DNA of 64,000 nucleotides from Collinsella sp. (lineage in GTDB: Bacteria; Actinomycetota; Coriobacteriia; Coriobacteriales; Coriobacteriaceae), in contig DBFZQW010000171.1 in assembly GCA_048521445.1 (NCBI GenBank), forward strand, positions 21,776 to 85,775, read 5' to 3'. Position 1 is the stretch's first letter. Each line of letters opens with the position of its first letter. The notes under the pieces were generated by a model, which worked only from the letters and a program-made list of their open reading frames with translations, had not been told where the DNA came from and did not search any database. Below are positions 36,128 through 45,348 of this stretch, piece after piece. The translations under genes and the position numbers were made by a program.

Positions 36128-37168
36128 CTACCTCACCCGCTTCTTCAACATGAGTGCAATAACCACCGGCGCGCCGAAGATGGCGGTGACGGCGCTGATG
36201 GAAAGCTCGACGGGGGAGAACAGCGTGCGCGCGATCAAATCGCAGCCCGCGCAGAAGATGGCGCCTCCCAAGAAGCACGCAGGAATCACGCGGATGGGCT
36301 TCGACGACTTCAACGCCGACTTCACGAGATGCGGAACCGCGATGCCTACGAACGACACCGGACCAGCGAACGCGGTCACGCAGGCAGAGAGCATGCTCGC
36401 TAGAAGGACGAGCACCACGCGGAAGCGTGCGACGTTCACGCCGACGCTTTTCGCGTAGGCTTCTCCCAGCTGGAAGGCGGAAAGGGGCTTCGATATCGCG
36501 AATACGCATGCGCTCACGGTGATCACCACGACCGCGATGACCGCGATGTCGTTCCAGCTCGAACCCGAGAAGCTACCCAAAGACCAGTTGTGCAGGTTCA
36601 CGATGGACTGGTCGTCGGCGAAGGCGATGAGGAAGTTCGTCGCCGCCGAGCAGATGTATCCCACCATGACGCCCGCCACGATGAGCATGGCCATGGAACT
36701 TATGCGCCGTGCGATGAGGAGCACGAAGCCGATGGTGATAAGCGAGCCCAGAAACGCTGCGGCCACCATGGCCGGCGAGGACATGGCCTGGTTCGCGTCC
36801 AGAAGTGCGATCATCGTAAGCGCGACGACGAACTTTGCGCCCGAGGAGACGCCCAAGATGAACGGGTCGGCGATGGGGTTGTTGAAAAACGTCTGCAGTA
36901 GGAACCCGGAAAGCGAAAGTGCCCCGCCGAGAAGCACGGCTGAAAGCACGCGCGGCAGGCGAATCTCCCAGATGACCTGGCTTTCCATGGAATTGGCCGC
37001 GCCGCCCGAAAGGATGCCGGGGATGTGGTCTGCTGGCACGAGCACGCTCCCGATGCACAGGTTGGCCCCGACGAGCACGATGAGGGCAACAGCGAGCAGC
37101 GCCGTCACGACGCGACACCGCGCGGCGCGCCCCGATTCGTCGTATGTCATGGAAAGTCGGCTTTTCAT
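36128..37168 (-). CDS. FecCD/BtuC-family permease
   Basis: IRLPRVL, FNNPIADPFILGVSSGA, GPVSFVGIAVPHL. Confidence 0.92.
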   Translation of the reverse strand: MKSRLSMTYDESGRAARCRVVTALLAVALIVLVGANLCIGSVLVPADHIPGILSGGAANSMESQVIWEIRLPRVLSAVLLGGALSLSGFLLQTFFNNPIADPFILGVSSGAKFVVALTMIALLDANQAMSSPAMVAAAFLGSLITIGFVLLIARRISSMAMLIVAGVMVGYICSAATNFLIAFADDQSIVNLHNWSLGSFSGSSWNDIAVIAVVVITVSACVFAISKPLSAFQLGEAYAKSVGVNVARFRVVLVLLASMLSACVTAFAGPVSFVGIAVPHLVKSALKSSKPIRVIPACFLGGAIFCAGCDLIARTLFSPVELSISAVTAIFGAPVVIALMLKKRVR

Positions 37169-37172
37169 GGCG

Positions 37173-38744
37173 CTAGCCGAGCTTCCTCAGATAATGGAAG
37201 TCGCTCGCGTCATCGCCGGTGAACGCCCCGTGCAGCTCGTCGATAATGTCGGCGGTAGAAGTCATCTGCTGGTACATGTCGGCGCTTGTGACCCAGACGT
37301 TGCCGTTCTTCACGGCTTTGAACTGCGACAATAGCGCGTTTTTGCCTACGAAGTCTTTCAAGGTGGCAACCGATTCGTCGATGGTGCCGTTGTAGACGAT
37401 GATGTCGGCATCCTTCGCCGTCGCGTAGAAGCGCTCCATTTCGAGCGTTACTGACGAACCTGACGTCGACGCCGTCTGCGCGTCATCGAGCGCGTAGCTG
37501 CCGCCTGCAAGCTCGATCATCTGCGCCACGTAGTCGCCCGCCCGCCTCGTGACGGCGGCCCCGTTCGAGTTAATGTAGAAATACGCCACGGTTTTACCTG
37601 ACGACGCGAGCCCCGACGTTTGCTCGACGCGGGCCTTCTGCTCGTTGAACAGGTGCGCGGCCTCGTCTTCCTTGTCGAACAGGACGCCGAAAAGCTTAAT
37701 CCACTCGACGCGCCCGAGTGCTTCGGGCTCGCTCGACGACTGTTCGGTGAGCACGACGAGCCCGAGCTTCTGCAGCTTTTCCTTCACATCGGGCGTGTGG
37801 TTGATCATGGTGTTCTCGATGGCGAGCGTGCAGCCCGAGGCCGATATTCGCTCGTAGTCGGGCGCACTGTACTTGCCGCCGTAGGCGATCGCCCCACTTT
37901 CGAGCGCGCTTTTGAAGCGCGCGACCGAGCAATCGTCGGCCTTCGTGCCCGACATTAAGATATTGTCGTTCGCATCTAGCGCGTCGACCAGGCACATCGT
38001 TGCCGACGACACGAGGTACACCTTGTCGGCGGGGCGCCTTATGACCGCGATGTCGGAGCTCAACCCATCAGGTACCTTCGCATCTTGCGGCACCACGAGG
38101 AAGCGCTCCCCGTTCGAAACGCAGATAAGCCGCAGGCCGCCTTCGTACTCGTCGACAGTGAAGTGCTTGGCGTATTCAAGCTGAAGCGCCCCCGTCGGCT
38201 CCCAGCCGCAGCCCAAATCGGCGTTGTGGAAGTCGGCCGCGGCGCTTGAAGCCGTTACCGCAGGGGAACCGCCGCTTGCATCGTCGCCCGATTTCTCCTT
38301 CATGGTGGATGAGTCGAAGTAGAGCGTGTAGTCGATGGTGTGCGGCGTCGACATGGCGACGGTCTCGGCCGACACGGCGATGTCCTCGTCGAGCGTGACG
38401 GGTATCTCGAATGTGGAGTTGCCGCCGTCGTTTACAGGCGCGTAGTCCACGCCGTCGACGGTCATTTTGTCGTAGTTCGAACTCGACCAGGTGATGGTCG
38501 CGGTGTAGGTGTCGCCATCCTTCACAATTGTGGTGGGTGAGGCGATGCTTGCGCGCCCTGACCCGCCGGAAAGCGAGACGCTCACAGTGTATTCCTGAGA
38601 GCCCGCCGTGCCACCGGTCGCGTTCGGGCTCGCACTGCACCCCGCGAAGGGAAGCGCGAGCAGGGCGACGAGAACGCAGGTGATCGCGCGCGCCGCGATG
38701 CTGCGGCGCTTCCTGCTTTCCTTCTTGGGAAGAATCGACCGCAT
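37173..38744 (-). CDS. ABC substrate-binding lipoprotein with N-terminal NEAT-like domain
   Basis: Lipobox FAGC; SGGSGRASI...WSSSNYD domain; periplasmic-binding domain LGRVEWIKLFG. Confidence 0.85.
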   Translation of the reverse strand: MRSILPKKESRKRRSIAARAITCVLVALLALPFAGCSASPNATGGTAGSQEYTVSVSLSGGSGRASIASPTTIVKDGDTYTATITWSSSNYDKMTVDGVDYAPVNDGGNSTFEIPVTLDEDIAVSAETVAMSTPHTIDYTLYFDSSTMKEKSGDDASGGSPAVTASSAAADFHNADLGCGWEPTGALQLEYAKHFTVDEYEGGLRLICVSNGERFLVVPQDAKVPDGLSSDIAVIRRPADKVYLVSSATMCLVDALDANDNILMSGTKADDCSVARFKSALESGAIAYGGKYSAPDYERISASGCTLAIENTMINHTPDVKEKLQKLGLVVLTEQSSSEPEALGRVEWIKLFGVLFDKEDEAAHLFNEQKARVEQTSGLASSGKTVAYFYINSNGAAVTRRAGDYVAQMIELAGGSYALDDAQTASTSGSSVTLEMERFYATAKDADIIVYNGTIDESVATLKDFVGKNALLSQFKAVKNGNVWVTSADMYQQMTSTADIIDELHGAFTGDDASDFHYLRKLG

Positions 38745-38748
38745 GGCG

Positions 38749-39282
38749 TTACTTCAGCGCGTCGGCGCGCAGATCGACGCCGGCGGATTCGAACACGAGC
38801 GTGCGGTCGTACCACTGCCCTTTTCTAATGCTCCACGCGGCGCAGGCGGTGTCCTCGTCGAGCGCTTCAACGGGTACGTCGTAGGTGTACTTGCCTTCCG
38901 CGTTTTCCACATAGGGGATGAAGTCGGCCTCGCTCGCGGCGGCAGCCTCGTCGCCCGTGCCCATGAAGAGCTTGCCGTAGCCCGTGCCGGAAAGTGTCAT
39001 CACGCAGTGCATGGAGCCGTTTTCCACGATGAGCTGGGCGTCCACAATCCTGAACATGTTCGAGCTGGAATCTACGGTGATCGGATAGGTGCCGTCGGCC
39101 ACCTTGTCGGCGGTGATGGGGGCAGCGCTTGCGCCCTCGGGCGCATCGGCCGCCTGTTCGGTCTTTTCCTGGGAATCGGCATCGCTTGCCTTTGCGCTGT
39201 CGATTGAATTTCCGCCGCAGCCGGCGAGCGAGAACGCGAAAAGCGCCGCCGACAAGGCGAAGGCGAGGGTTTTCTTCAACAT
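38749..39282 (-). CDS. NEAT-like domain lipoprotein
   Basis: Lipobox LAGC; DGTYPITVDSSSNMFRIV...WYDRTLVF. Confidence 0.7.
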   Translation of the reverse strand: MLKKTLAFALSAALFAFSLAGCGGNSIDSAKASDADSQEKTEQAADAPEGASAAPITADKVADGTYPITVDSSSNMFRIVDAQLIVENGSMHCVMTLSGTGYGKLFMGTGDEAAAASEADFIPYVENAEGKYTYDVPVEALDEDTACAAWSIRKGQWYDRTLVFESAGVDLRADALK

Positions 39283-39426
39283 GGAGTGGTTCCTTTCAAT
39301 CGCTTCGACCGCCCGCGCCGTGCGGTGGGCGGGCGGGATGCGAATGCAACGGGCATGCGCCGTCAGTCGGGGAAGGCGCATGCCCGTTGCACGGGGACGC
39401 GACCGGCGCCCCCGTGCGCGGCGAGT

Positions 39427-40353
39427 TTACAGCTTGGCGATGGCGTCGTCCACGTGCGAGACGTAGATGTCATCGACCGCGGCGTTCTGTCCCAGACCCT
39501 GGAGCAGGCACGTCACTTCGAAGCCGGCGGCCACGAACTTCGCAGCCCAGCTGTCGGGGTCGGTCTCGTCTGCCATGTCGTTGTTCGCGTGGTCGCCCGC
39601 GACCACCATGAACGGCGCGAGCACGGCCTTCTTGTACCCTGCGGCGCTCGCGGCGGCGATAACATCCTCGCAGGTCGGTTCAGCCTCGACAGTGCCGACG
39701 AAGAACTGCGTCAAGCCCTCGTTCTTGAACACTTCCTGCATCTTGGCATAGTCGGCGTTGGAATCGGCTTCGGTGCCGTGGCCCATGAGGCACAGCGCCG
39801 TCTTGCCGTCGTCGAAGGACGCCATGTTCTCCTTAATGGCTGCGGCCACCTTCTTGTAGTCGTCGTCGGAGGTGAGCAGCGGGTCGCCGAGCGAGATCTT
39901 GTCGAACTTGTCGGCGTACTTGTCGAGCTCGTCTTTCACGTCGGCGTATTCCAGGCCAGCCATGAGATGCGTCGGCTGCACGACGATTTCCTTCACGCCG
40001 TCTTCCACACAGCGGTCGAGCGCCTCGGTCATGTTGTCAATCGTGATGCCGTCGCGCTTCTTCAGCTTGTCGATGATGATCTGCGCGGTGAAGGCGCGGC
40101 GGATGTCGTAGTCCTGCCAGTACTTCTCGCGGATAGCGTCTTCGATGGCGCCGATGGTGATGTGGCGCGAGTCGTTGTAGCTCGTGCCGAAGCTCGTGAC
40201 GAGGATGACCGGCTTCACGGCCTTCTCCTTTTCACTCGATTTCTCGGAACTCGCGGAGGTGTTGGAGCAGCCCGCGAGCGCGAATCCGGCGAGCGCGACG
40301 GCTCCGGTTGCTGCGGCGCCCATGAAGCCGCGGCGTGACATCTGGTCGGACAT
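39427..40353 (-). CDS. cbiK: Sirohydrochlorin cobaltochelatase with Tat lipoprotein signal
   Basis: LVTSFGTS, RRAFTAQII, QPTHLMAGLEY, MGHGT, VAGDHANNDM; N-terminal SRRGFM...LAGC. Confidence 0.92.
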   Translation of the reverse strand: MSDQMSRRGFMGAAATGAVALAGFALAGCSNTSASSEKSSEKEKAVKPVILVTSFGTSYNDSRHITIGAIEDAIREKYWQDYDIRRAFTAQIIIDKLKKRDGITIDNMTEALDRCVEDGVKEIVVQPTHLMAGLEYADVKDELDKYADKFDKISLGDPLLTSDDDYKKVAAAIKENMASFDDGKTALCLMGHGTEADSNADYAKMQEVFKNEGLTQFFVGTVEAEPTCEDVIAAASAAGYKKAVLAPFMVVAGDHANNDMADETDPDSWAAKFVAAGFEVTCLLQGLGQNAAVDDIYVSHVDDAIAKL

Positions 40354-40470
40354 GGTTTTTCCTTTCCTCGGTTTGCCGGTCCCCCGGCGACAGTTGCTTG
40401 TCGGCACAAGCGAAAGAAAAGCGCACCCCTCGGGGTTCACAAGGAGCTAACGCCACGGCGATGCCGTGAG

Positions 40471-40615
40471 GAAAAGGCGAAGCAGTCTGGCTTGGGGCGC
40501 GAGGCGGTTCGCCCGCGCGTCCTATACAGTAATGTCCCTTGCCCAGGATTCCCACCTGGTTCCCTCCGCAAGCCAGCACGGGCTGTGCAGACGCCGCGCC
40601 GGTCATTTCCTTTTA
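40471..40615 (-). ncRNA. Cobalamin riboswitch
   Basis: Minus strand reads AGGGAA-CCAGGTGGGAATCCTGG-GCA...ACTGTA...AAGCCAGAC, with AAAAGG/CCTTTT closing stem, upstream of the cbiK-transporter operon. Confidence 0.85.
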
Positions 40616-40651
40616 TCCGATTGTCATATGCTCGTTGCCGAAACTTTTACT

Positions 40652-40680
40652 ATGATAGTGGGCACTTGTGAACGTGTCAA
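40652..40680 (-). promoter_or_regulatory. Sigma70 promoter for riboswitch-cbiK operon
   Basis: TTGACA-17 bp-TATCAT on the minus strand. Confidence 0.8.
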
Positions 40681-40811
40681 AGCCAGGGCGGGCGGCATTG
40701 CGCCTCCTGCCTGCGTATTTGCGCCGATTGCCGCCGCAGGCGCCGTGTTTTGCCCGCTGCGCGAATGGCGGCGTAAACGGTTGCGATGAGAAACGGGAAG
40801 GGAAGGCTCGG

Positions 40812-41603
40812 ATGATTCATATCGTTGGCGCAGGCTCGGGCGCCGCCGACCTTATCACGCTGCGCGGGGCGCGCCTTCTGCGCGCAGCCGACGTGGTCGT
40901 TTGGGCGGGAAGCCTTGTGAACCCCGAGCTGCTCGCTGAGTGCAAGGAATCCTGCATCGTCTACGACAGCGCGCACATGACCTTGGAGGAAGTGCTCGAC
41001 GTGATGTGCGCGGCAGATGCGCGGGGCGAGGAAGTGGTGCGCCTGCACACGGGCGACCCGTGCCTGTACGGCGCCATCCAGGAGCAGATGGACGCGCTCG
41101 ACGCGCGCGGCGTGGACTACGAGGTGGTGCCCGGCGTGTCGAGCTTTTGCGGTGCCGCGGCGGCGCTTCGCCAGGAATACACGCTGCCGGGAATCAGCCA
41201 GTCGGTCGTGATCACGCGGCTTTCCGGACGTACCCCCATGCCCGCGGGCGAGGGCATGCGCACCATGGCGGAAAGTGGCTCGACTATGGTCATCTTCCTG
41301 AGCTCGGGTATGCTCGCCGAGCTTTCCGCCGAGCTTTTGGCCGCGGGCCGCAGCTCCGACGAGCCGGCCGCGCTCGTGTACAAGGCGACCTGGCCTGAGG
41401 AGCGCGTGGTGCGATGCACAGTGGGCACGCTCGCCGACGCGGGCGCGCGAGAGGGCATCGACCGCACGGCGCTCGTGGTGGTGGGCCGCGTGCTCGGAGC
41501 TCGCGGCGGGCTTTCGCACAACGGCGCGCAAACGGAGTCGTACGAGCGCAGCAAGCTTTACGACCCTTCGTTTGCCACGGGGTATCGGAAGGCGAGCAGC
41601 TAG
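40812..41603 (+). CDS. cbiF: Cobalt-precorrin-4 C11-methyltransferase
   Basis: IVGAGSGAADLITLRG, RLHTGDPCLYGA, RSKLYDPSF. Confidence 0.92.
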   Translation: MIHIVGAGSGAADLITLRGARLLRAADVVVWAGSLVNPELLAECKESCIVYDSAHMTLEEVLDVMCAADARGEEVVRLHTGDPCLYGAIQEQMDALDARGVDYEVVPGVSSFCGAAAALRQEYTLPGISQSVVITRLSGRTPMPAGEGMRTMAESGSTMVIFLSSGMLAELSAELLAAGRSSDEPAALVYKATWPEERVVRCTVGTLADAGAREGIDRTALVVVGRVLGARGGLSHNGAQTESYERSKLYDPSFATGYRKASS

Positions 41604-41604
41604 C

Positions 41605-42789
41605 GTGGCCTTCGAGCATTACATATATACCGGGACGACCCGCCTGCGCTGCGGCTACACCACGGGGAGCTGCGCCGCGCTCGCGGCGAAGGCAGCCTGC
41701 GAGATGCTCTTGTCACGAAAGCCTGTCGGCCTCGTGTCGATCGTCACCCCCGGCGGGCTGCCCGTCGAGGCGAACGTGATCGACGCATGCATCGGCGAGG
41801 GGTGCGCCCAGTGCGCCGTGCGAAAGGACGCAGGCGACGATGCCGATGTGACCGACGGCGTGCTTGTGTACGCGCGCGTGGAACATGCGGGGTCGGGCAC
41901 GGGTGCTGCGGGCGGCAAGGACGTGCCCGCGCGCGAATCGGAAGTTTCCGTCGATGGCGGCGTGGGCGTGGGGCGCGTGACGTTGCCCGGGCTCGAGCAG
42001 CCGGTTGGGGCGGCCGCCATCAACGCGACGCCGCGCGCGATGATCACTTCGGCGGTGCGCGAGGTGTGCGCCGCGCACGGCTTTTCTGGAAATATTGCTG
42101 TGACGATTTCGGTACCCGAGGGCGTTTCCCTTGCCGAAAAGACCTTCAACCCGCACCTGGGGATAGAGGGCGGCATCTCCATCCTGGGCACGACGGGCAT
42201 CGTCGAGCCGCGCAGCCTCGCTGCCTTGCGCGACAGCATCGAGCTCGAGATCCGGCAGCATGCGGCTATGGGGCGGCGCGGAGTCGTGCTCACGCCCGGC
42301 AACTACGGCGGGCAGTTCATCTCGGGGCATTTCCACCTAAACGGTGCGCCGGTGGTCTTCATCTCCAACTTTGTGGGCGATGCGATTGATTGCTGCGTTC
42401 GCGAGGGATTCACCAATGTCCTTCTTGTGGGACACATCGGCAAGCTGGTGAAGGTCGCTGGCGGCATCATGGACACCCATTCGCGTACCGCCGACTGCCG
42501 CGCGGAGATTCTGGCCGCCCATGCGGCCTTGGCCGGCGCGGGCGCGAAGACCGTGCGCGAGATCATGTCGTCGGTCACGACCACGGCGGCGCTCGAGGCA
42601 ATCGAGGCCGCCGGCGTGGGGGACGCCGCGCGCGCCTCGCTCGCTGCGGCAATCGAGGACAGGTTGCGCCACCGCGCGGCGGGCGCATGCGACATCGCCG
42701 CGGTCGTGTTCGACGCCGAGCGCCGCGAGCTTTTCCGCACGTCGGGTGCCGATGCAGTTATCGGGGAATTGGGGGCGACGTATGAATAA
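41605..42789 (+). CDS. cbiD: Cobalt-precorrin-5B C1-methyltransferase
   Basis: LRCGYTTGSCAA, KDAGDDADVT, GISILGTTGIVEP. Confidence 0.95.
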   Translation: MAFEHYIYTGTTRLRCGYTTGSCAALAAKAACEMLLSRKPVGLVSIVTPGGLPVEANVIDACIGEGCAQCAVRKDAGDDADVTDGVLVYARVEHAGSGTGAAGGKDVPARESEVSVDGGVGVGRVTLPGLEQPVGAAAINATPRAMITSAVREVCAAHGFSGNIAVTISVPEGVSLAEKTFNPHLGIEGGISILGTTGIVEPRSLAALRDSIELEIRQHAAMGRRGVVLTPGNYGGQFISGHFHLNGAPVVFISNFVGDAIDCCVREGFTNVLLVGHIGKLVKVAGGIMDTHSRTADCRAEILAAHAALAGAGAKTVREIMSSVTTTAALEAIEAAGVGDAARASLAAAIEDRLRHRAAGACDIAAVVFDAERRELFRTSGADAVIGELGATYE

Positions 42790-43471
42790 AGGCGTTCTGT
42801 ACGGGGTGGGTACGGGGCCTGGCGACCCCGAGCTTCTCACGATCAAGGCCGTCCGCACAATCGAATCGTGTCCGGTCATCGCCGCACCGCAGACGGCGGA
42901 CGGGGCCATGGTCGCGCTCGACATCGTGCGCGGCGCCGTCGACTTTACAGGCAAGACGGTGATCCCCGTGCGATTCTCGATGACGCGCGATCTCGAGCGC
43001 CGCGCGGCCGAGCATGCCTCGCTTGTTCGCGAGCTTGTCGCGCACCTGGATGCGGCCCGCGACGTCGCGCTGCTGAACCTGGGGGACCCGAGCATCTACG
43101 CCACCTTCCAGCGCATAGCGCCCGACGTGCGCGCCCACGGGTTCGAGGCGCGCGCCATTCCCGGCGTGCCGAGCTTCTGCGCGGTCGCCGCGGCGCTCGA
43201 GCGCGACCTCACGCCCGAGATGTCGTCGCCTCTGCACATCGTGCCCGGCGGCTACGACGACGTGCGCCGCGCAATCGGCTGGCCGGGGACGAAGGTGGTC
43301 ATGAAGGCGCGCCGCTCGCTTGCGGACACGAAGCGCATCCTTCGCGAGGAGGGCGCCTTCGACGGTGCCGAGCTCGTAGAGGATTGTGGGCTTCCGGGCG
43401 AGCGCGTGTACCGCTCGCTCGACGATGTGCCCGATCGGGGTAGCTACTTCTCGACGATGGTGGTGCGCTAG
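42782..43471 (+). CDS. cbiL: Cobalt-factor II C20-methyltransferase
   Basis: LYGVGTGPGDPELLTIKA, LGDPSIYATF, YFSTMVV. Confidence 0.92.
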   Translation: MNKGVLYGVGTGPGDPELLTIKAVRTIESCPVIAAPQTADGAMVALDIVRGAVDFTGKTVIPVRFSMTRDLERRAAEHASLVRELVAHLDAARDVALLNLGDPSIYATFQRIAPDVRAHGFEARAIPGVPSFCAVAAALERDLTPEMSSPLHIVPGGYDDVRRAIGWPGTKVVMKARRSLADTKRILREEGAFDGAELVEDCGLPGERVYRSLDDVPDRGSYFSTMVVR

Positions 43472-44605
43472 ATGAGGGTTTCCTGCATAGCGTTCACTGA
43501 GAGGGGGTATGCGTTGGCTGAGCGCACCGCACGCGCGCTTTCCGATTGCGCGCAGACAGGTGAAGATGACCCTGGCTGGGACGTTTCCGTTTCGCGCGGA
43601 TTCGGCGAGGGGAAGGCCGACCTGCGCGCATGGACGGCGCACGCGTGGGAAGCGTCGGACGCGCTTCTGTTCGTGGGCGCGGCGGGCATCGCCGTGCGGG
43701 CGATCGCGCCGCATGTCGCCTCGAAGACAAACGATCCCGCGGTTGTGGCGATCGACGAGGCGGGGCGCTTTGCCGTCCCGCTTTTGTCGGGGCATTTGGG
43801 TGGTGCGAACGAGCTTGCGCAAACTGTGGCACGCGCGGTAGGCGCCATCCCCGTCATCACCACGGCGACCGACGTCCGCGGCGTGTGGGCGGTAGATACG
43901 TGGGCGCGCCGTGCGGGGCTCGCCGTTTCGAATCCCGAGGCCATCAAGCGAGTGTCGGCGCGGCTGCTTTCGGGCGGGCGCGTGACGCTCTATTCCGACA
44001 TGCCGATTTCGGGACAGCCGCCTGAGGGGGTTGACATTGCGTCCGACCGCGCTCGGGCCGATATCGTCGTTTCGCCGTTTGCTGGCGCGAATGCAGGTGC
44101 GTCCGTTCGCGCGGCGGAGACAACGGGCAAGGTTGTGCCCGCCGCTGAGACGGGGAAGCCGGCGGGCGTGCGGGCGCAGGCGCCTGCGCCCGAGCCACTT
44201 CGCCTTGTCGTGCCCTGCATCGTTGCGGGTATAGGGTGCCGTCGCGGTGCGTGCGCCGAAGCGATTGAGGAGGCGTTTTTTCTCGCGTGCGGGCAGGCGG
44301 ATATCTCGCCTTCGGCCGTGCGCGAGGCGGCGACGATCGACGTGAAGGCGCACGAGGAGGGTCTGCTCGCTTTCTGCCGCGCGCGGAATATCCCGCTCGC
44401 GACGTATTCCGCAGAGGAGTTGTCGCAGGTCGAAGGCAGCGTTTCGCCATCTGATTTCGTGCGCGCGACGGTGGGGGTCGACAACGTGTGCGAGCGTGCG
44501 GCGCTCGCGGACGGGGGCAAACTTATCTTCCCGAAGCTCGCTCACGGCGGCGTGACCGTCGCGTTTTCCAAGGTAACTATCAAACTTTCGTTTAAGGAGC
44601 GGTGA
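43472..44605 (+). CDS. cbiG: Cobalt-precorrin-5A hydrolase
   Basis: DPAVVAIDE..LLSGHLGGAN, PVITTATD, GIGCRRG, VCERAAL. Confidence 0.93.
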   Translation: MRVSCIAFTERGYALAERTARALSDCAQTGEDDPGWDVSVSRGFGEGKADLRAWTAHAWEASDALLFVGAAGIAVRAIAPHVASKTNDPAVVAIDEAGRFAVPLLSGHLGGANELAQTVARAVGAIPVITTATDVRGVWAVDTWARRAGLAVSNPEAIKRVSARLLSGGRVTLYSDMPISGQPPEGVDIASDRARADIVVSPFAGANAGASVRAAETTGKVVPAAETGKPAGVRAQAPAPEPLRLVVPCIVAGIGCRRGACAEAIEEAFFLACGQADISPSAVREAATIDVKAHEEGLLAFCRARNIPLATYSAEELSQVEGSVSPSDFVRATVGVDNVCERAALADGGKLIFPKLAHGGVTVAFSKVTIKLSFKER

Positions 44606-45348
44606 TGGGAAAGCTCTTCGTGGTGGGGATCGGCCCGGGCGGCCCCGACGGCATGACGATTGCGGCTCGGCGCGCGCTCGAGGCGGCCGACATCGTTGTG
44701 GGGTACACGAAATACGTGGAGCTCGCGCTCGCCGCCGTGCCCGACGCGGCGCATCTCGCGACGCCGATGATGCACGAGGTCGAACGGTGCCGCCTGGCGC
44801 TTTCGCGCGCGCAGAGCGGAGAAGCCGTGGCACTCGTGTGCAGCGGTGACGCGGGCGTGTACGGCATGGCGAGCCCCGTGCTGGAGCTTGCGGAGGACTA
44901 CCCCGATGTAGACGTGGAAGTTATCGCCGGGGCCACCGCGGCTCAGAGCGGGTCGGCGGTGCTCGGCGCCCCGCTTGCCCACGACTTCGCGGTCGTGTCG
45001 CTCTCCGACTTGCTCACGCCGTGGGAGGTCATCGAGCGCAGACTCGCCGCCGTGGCGAGCGCCGACTTCTGCATCTGTTTGTACAACCCACGCAGCAGAA
45101 AGCGCGCCGACAGGCTCTCGCGCGCGGCGAAGATTATGCTCGAATGGAAGGCCCCCGACACGCTCTGCGGCTGGGTACGCAACATCGGGCGCGAGGGGCA
45201 GCAGTCGGGCATGTGCAGGCTCTCCGAGCTGGGGGAGCTCGATGCTGACATGTTCACCACCGTGTTCGTCGGCAACGCGGGCACGAAGCGCGTAGGCGGC
45301 CGTATGGTCACGCCGCGCGGGTATCGGGAGATTCCATGCGAAAGGTAA
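44602..45348 (+). CDS. cbiH: Cobalt-precorrin-3B C17-methyltransferase
   Basis: VVGIGPG, SGDAGVYGMA, SLSDLLTPW, MVTPRGY. Confidence 0.93.
   Translation: MMGKLFVVGIGPGGPDGMTIAARRALEAADIVVGYTKYVELALAAVPDAAHLATPMMHEVERCRLALSRAQSGEAVALVCSGDAGVYGMASPVLELAEDYPDVDVEVIAGATAAQSGSAVLGAPLAHDFAVVSLSDLLTPWEVIERRLAAVASADFCICLYNPRSRKRADRLSRAAKIMLEWKAPDTLCGWVRNIGREGQQSGMCRLSELGELDADMFTTVFVGNAGTKRVGGRMVTPRGYREIPCER

Noticed and set aside
34664..36403. Long antisense or alternate-frame ORFs (e.g. 34664-36403 +, 42758-44833 -, 13768-15063 -)
   Set aside because: Shadows of real genes in high-GC DNA, with no recognisable motifs or SDs.
40681..40811. Second cobalamin riboswitch for the plus-strand cbi operon
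   Set aside because: Only an AAGCCAG-like word is present; the GGGAA/GGTG/AATCC/ACTG core is missing.
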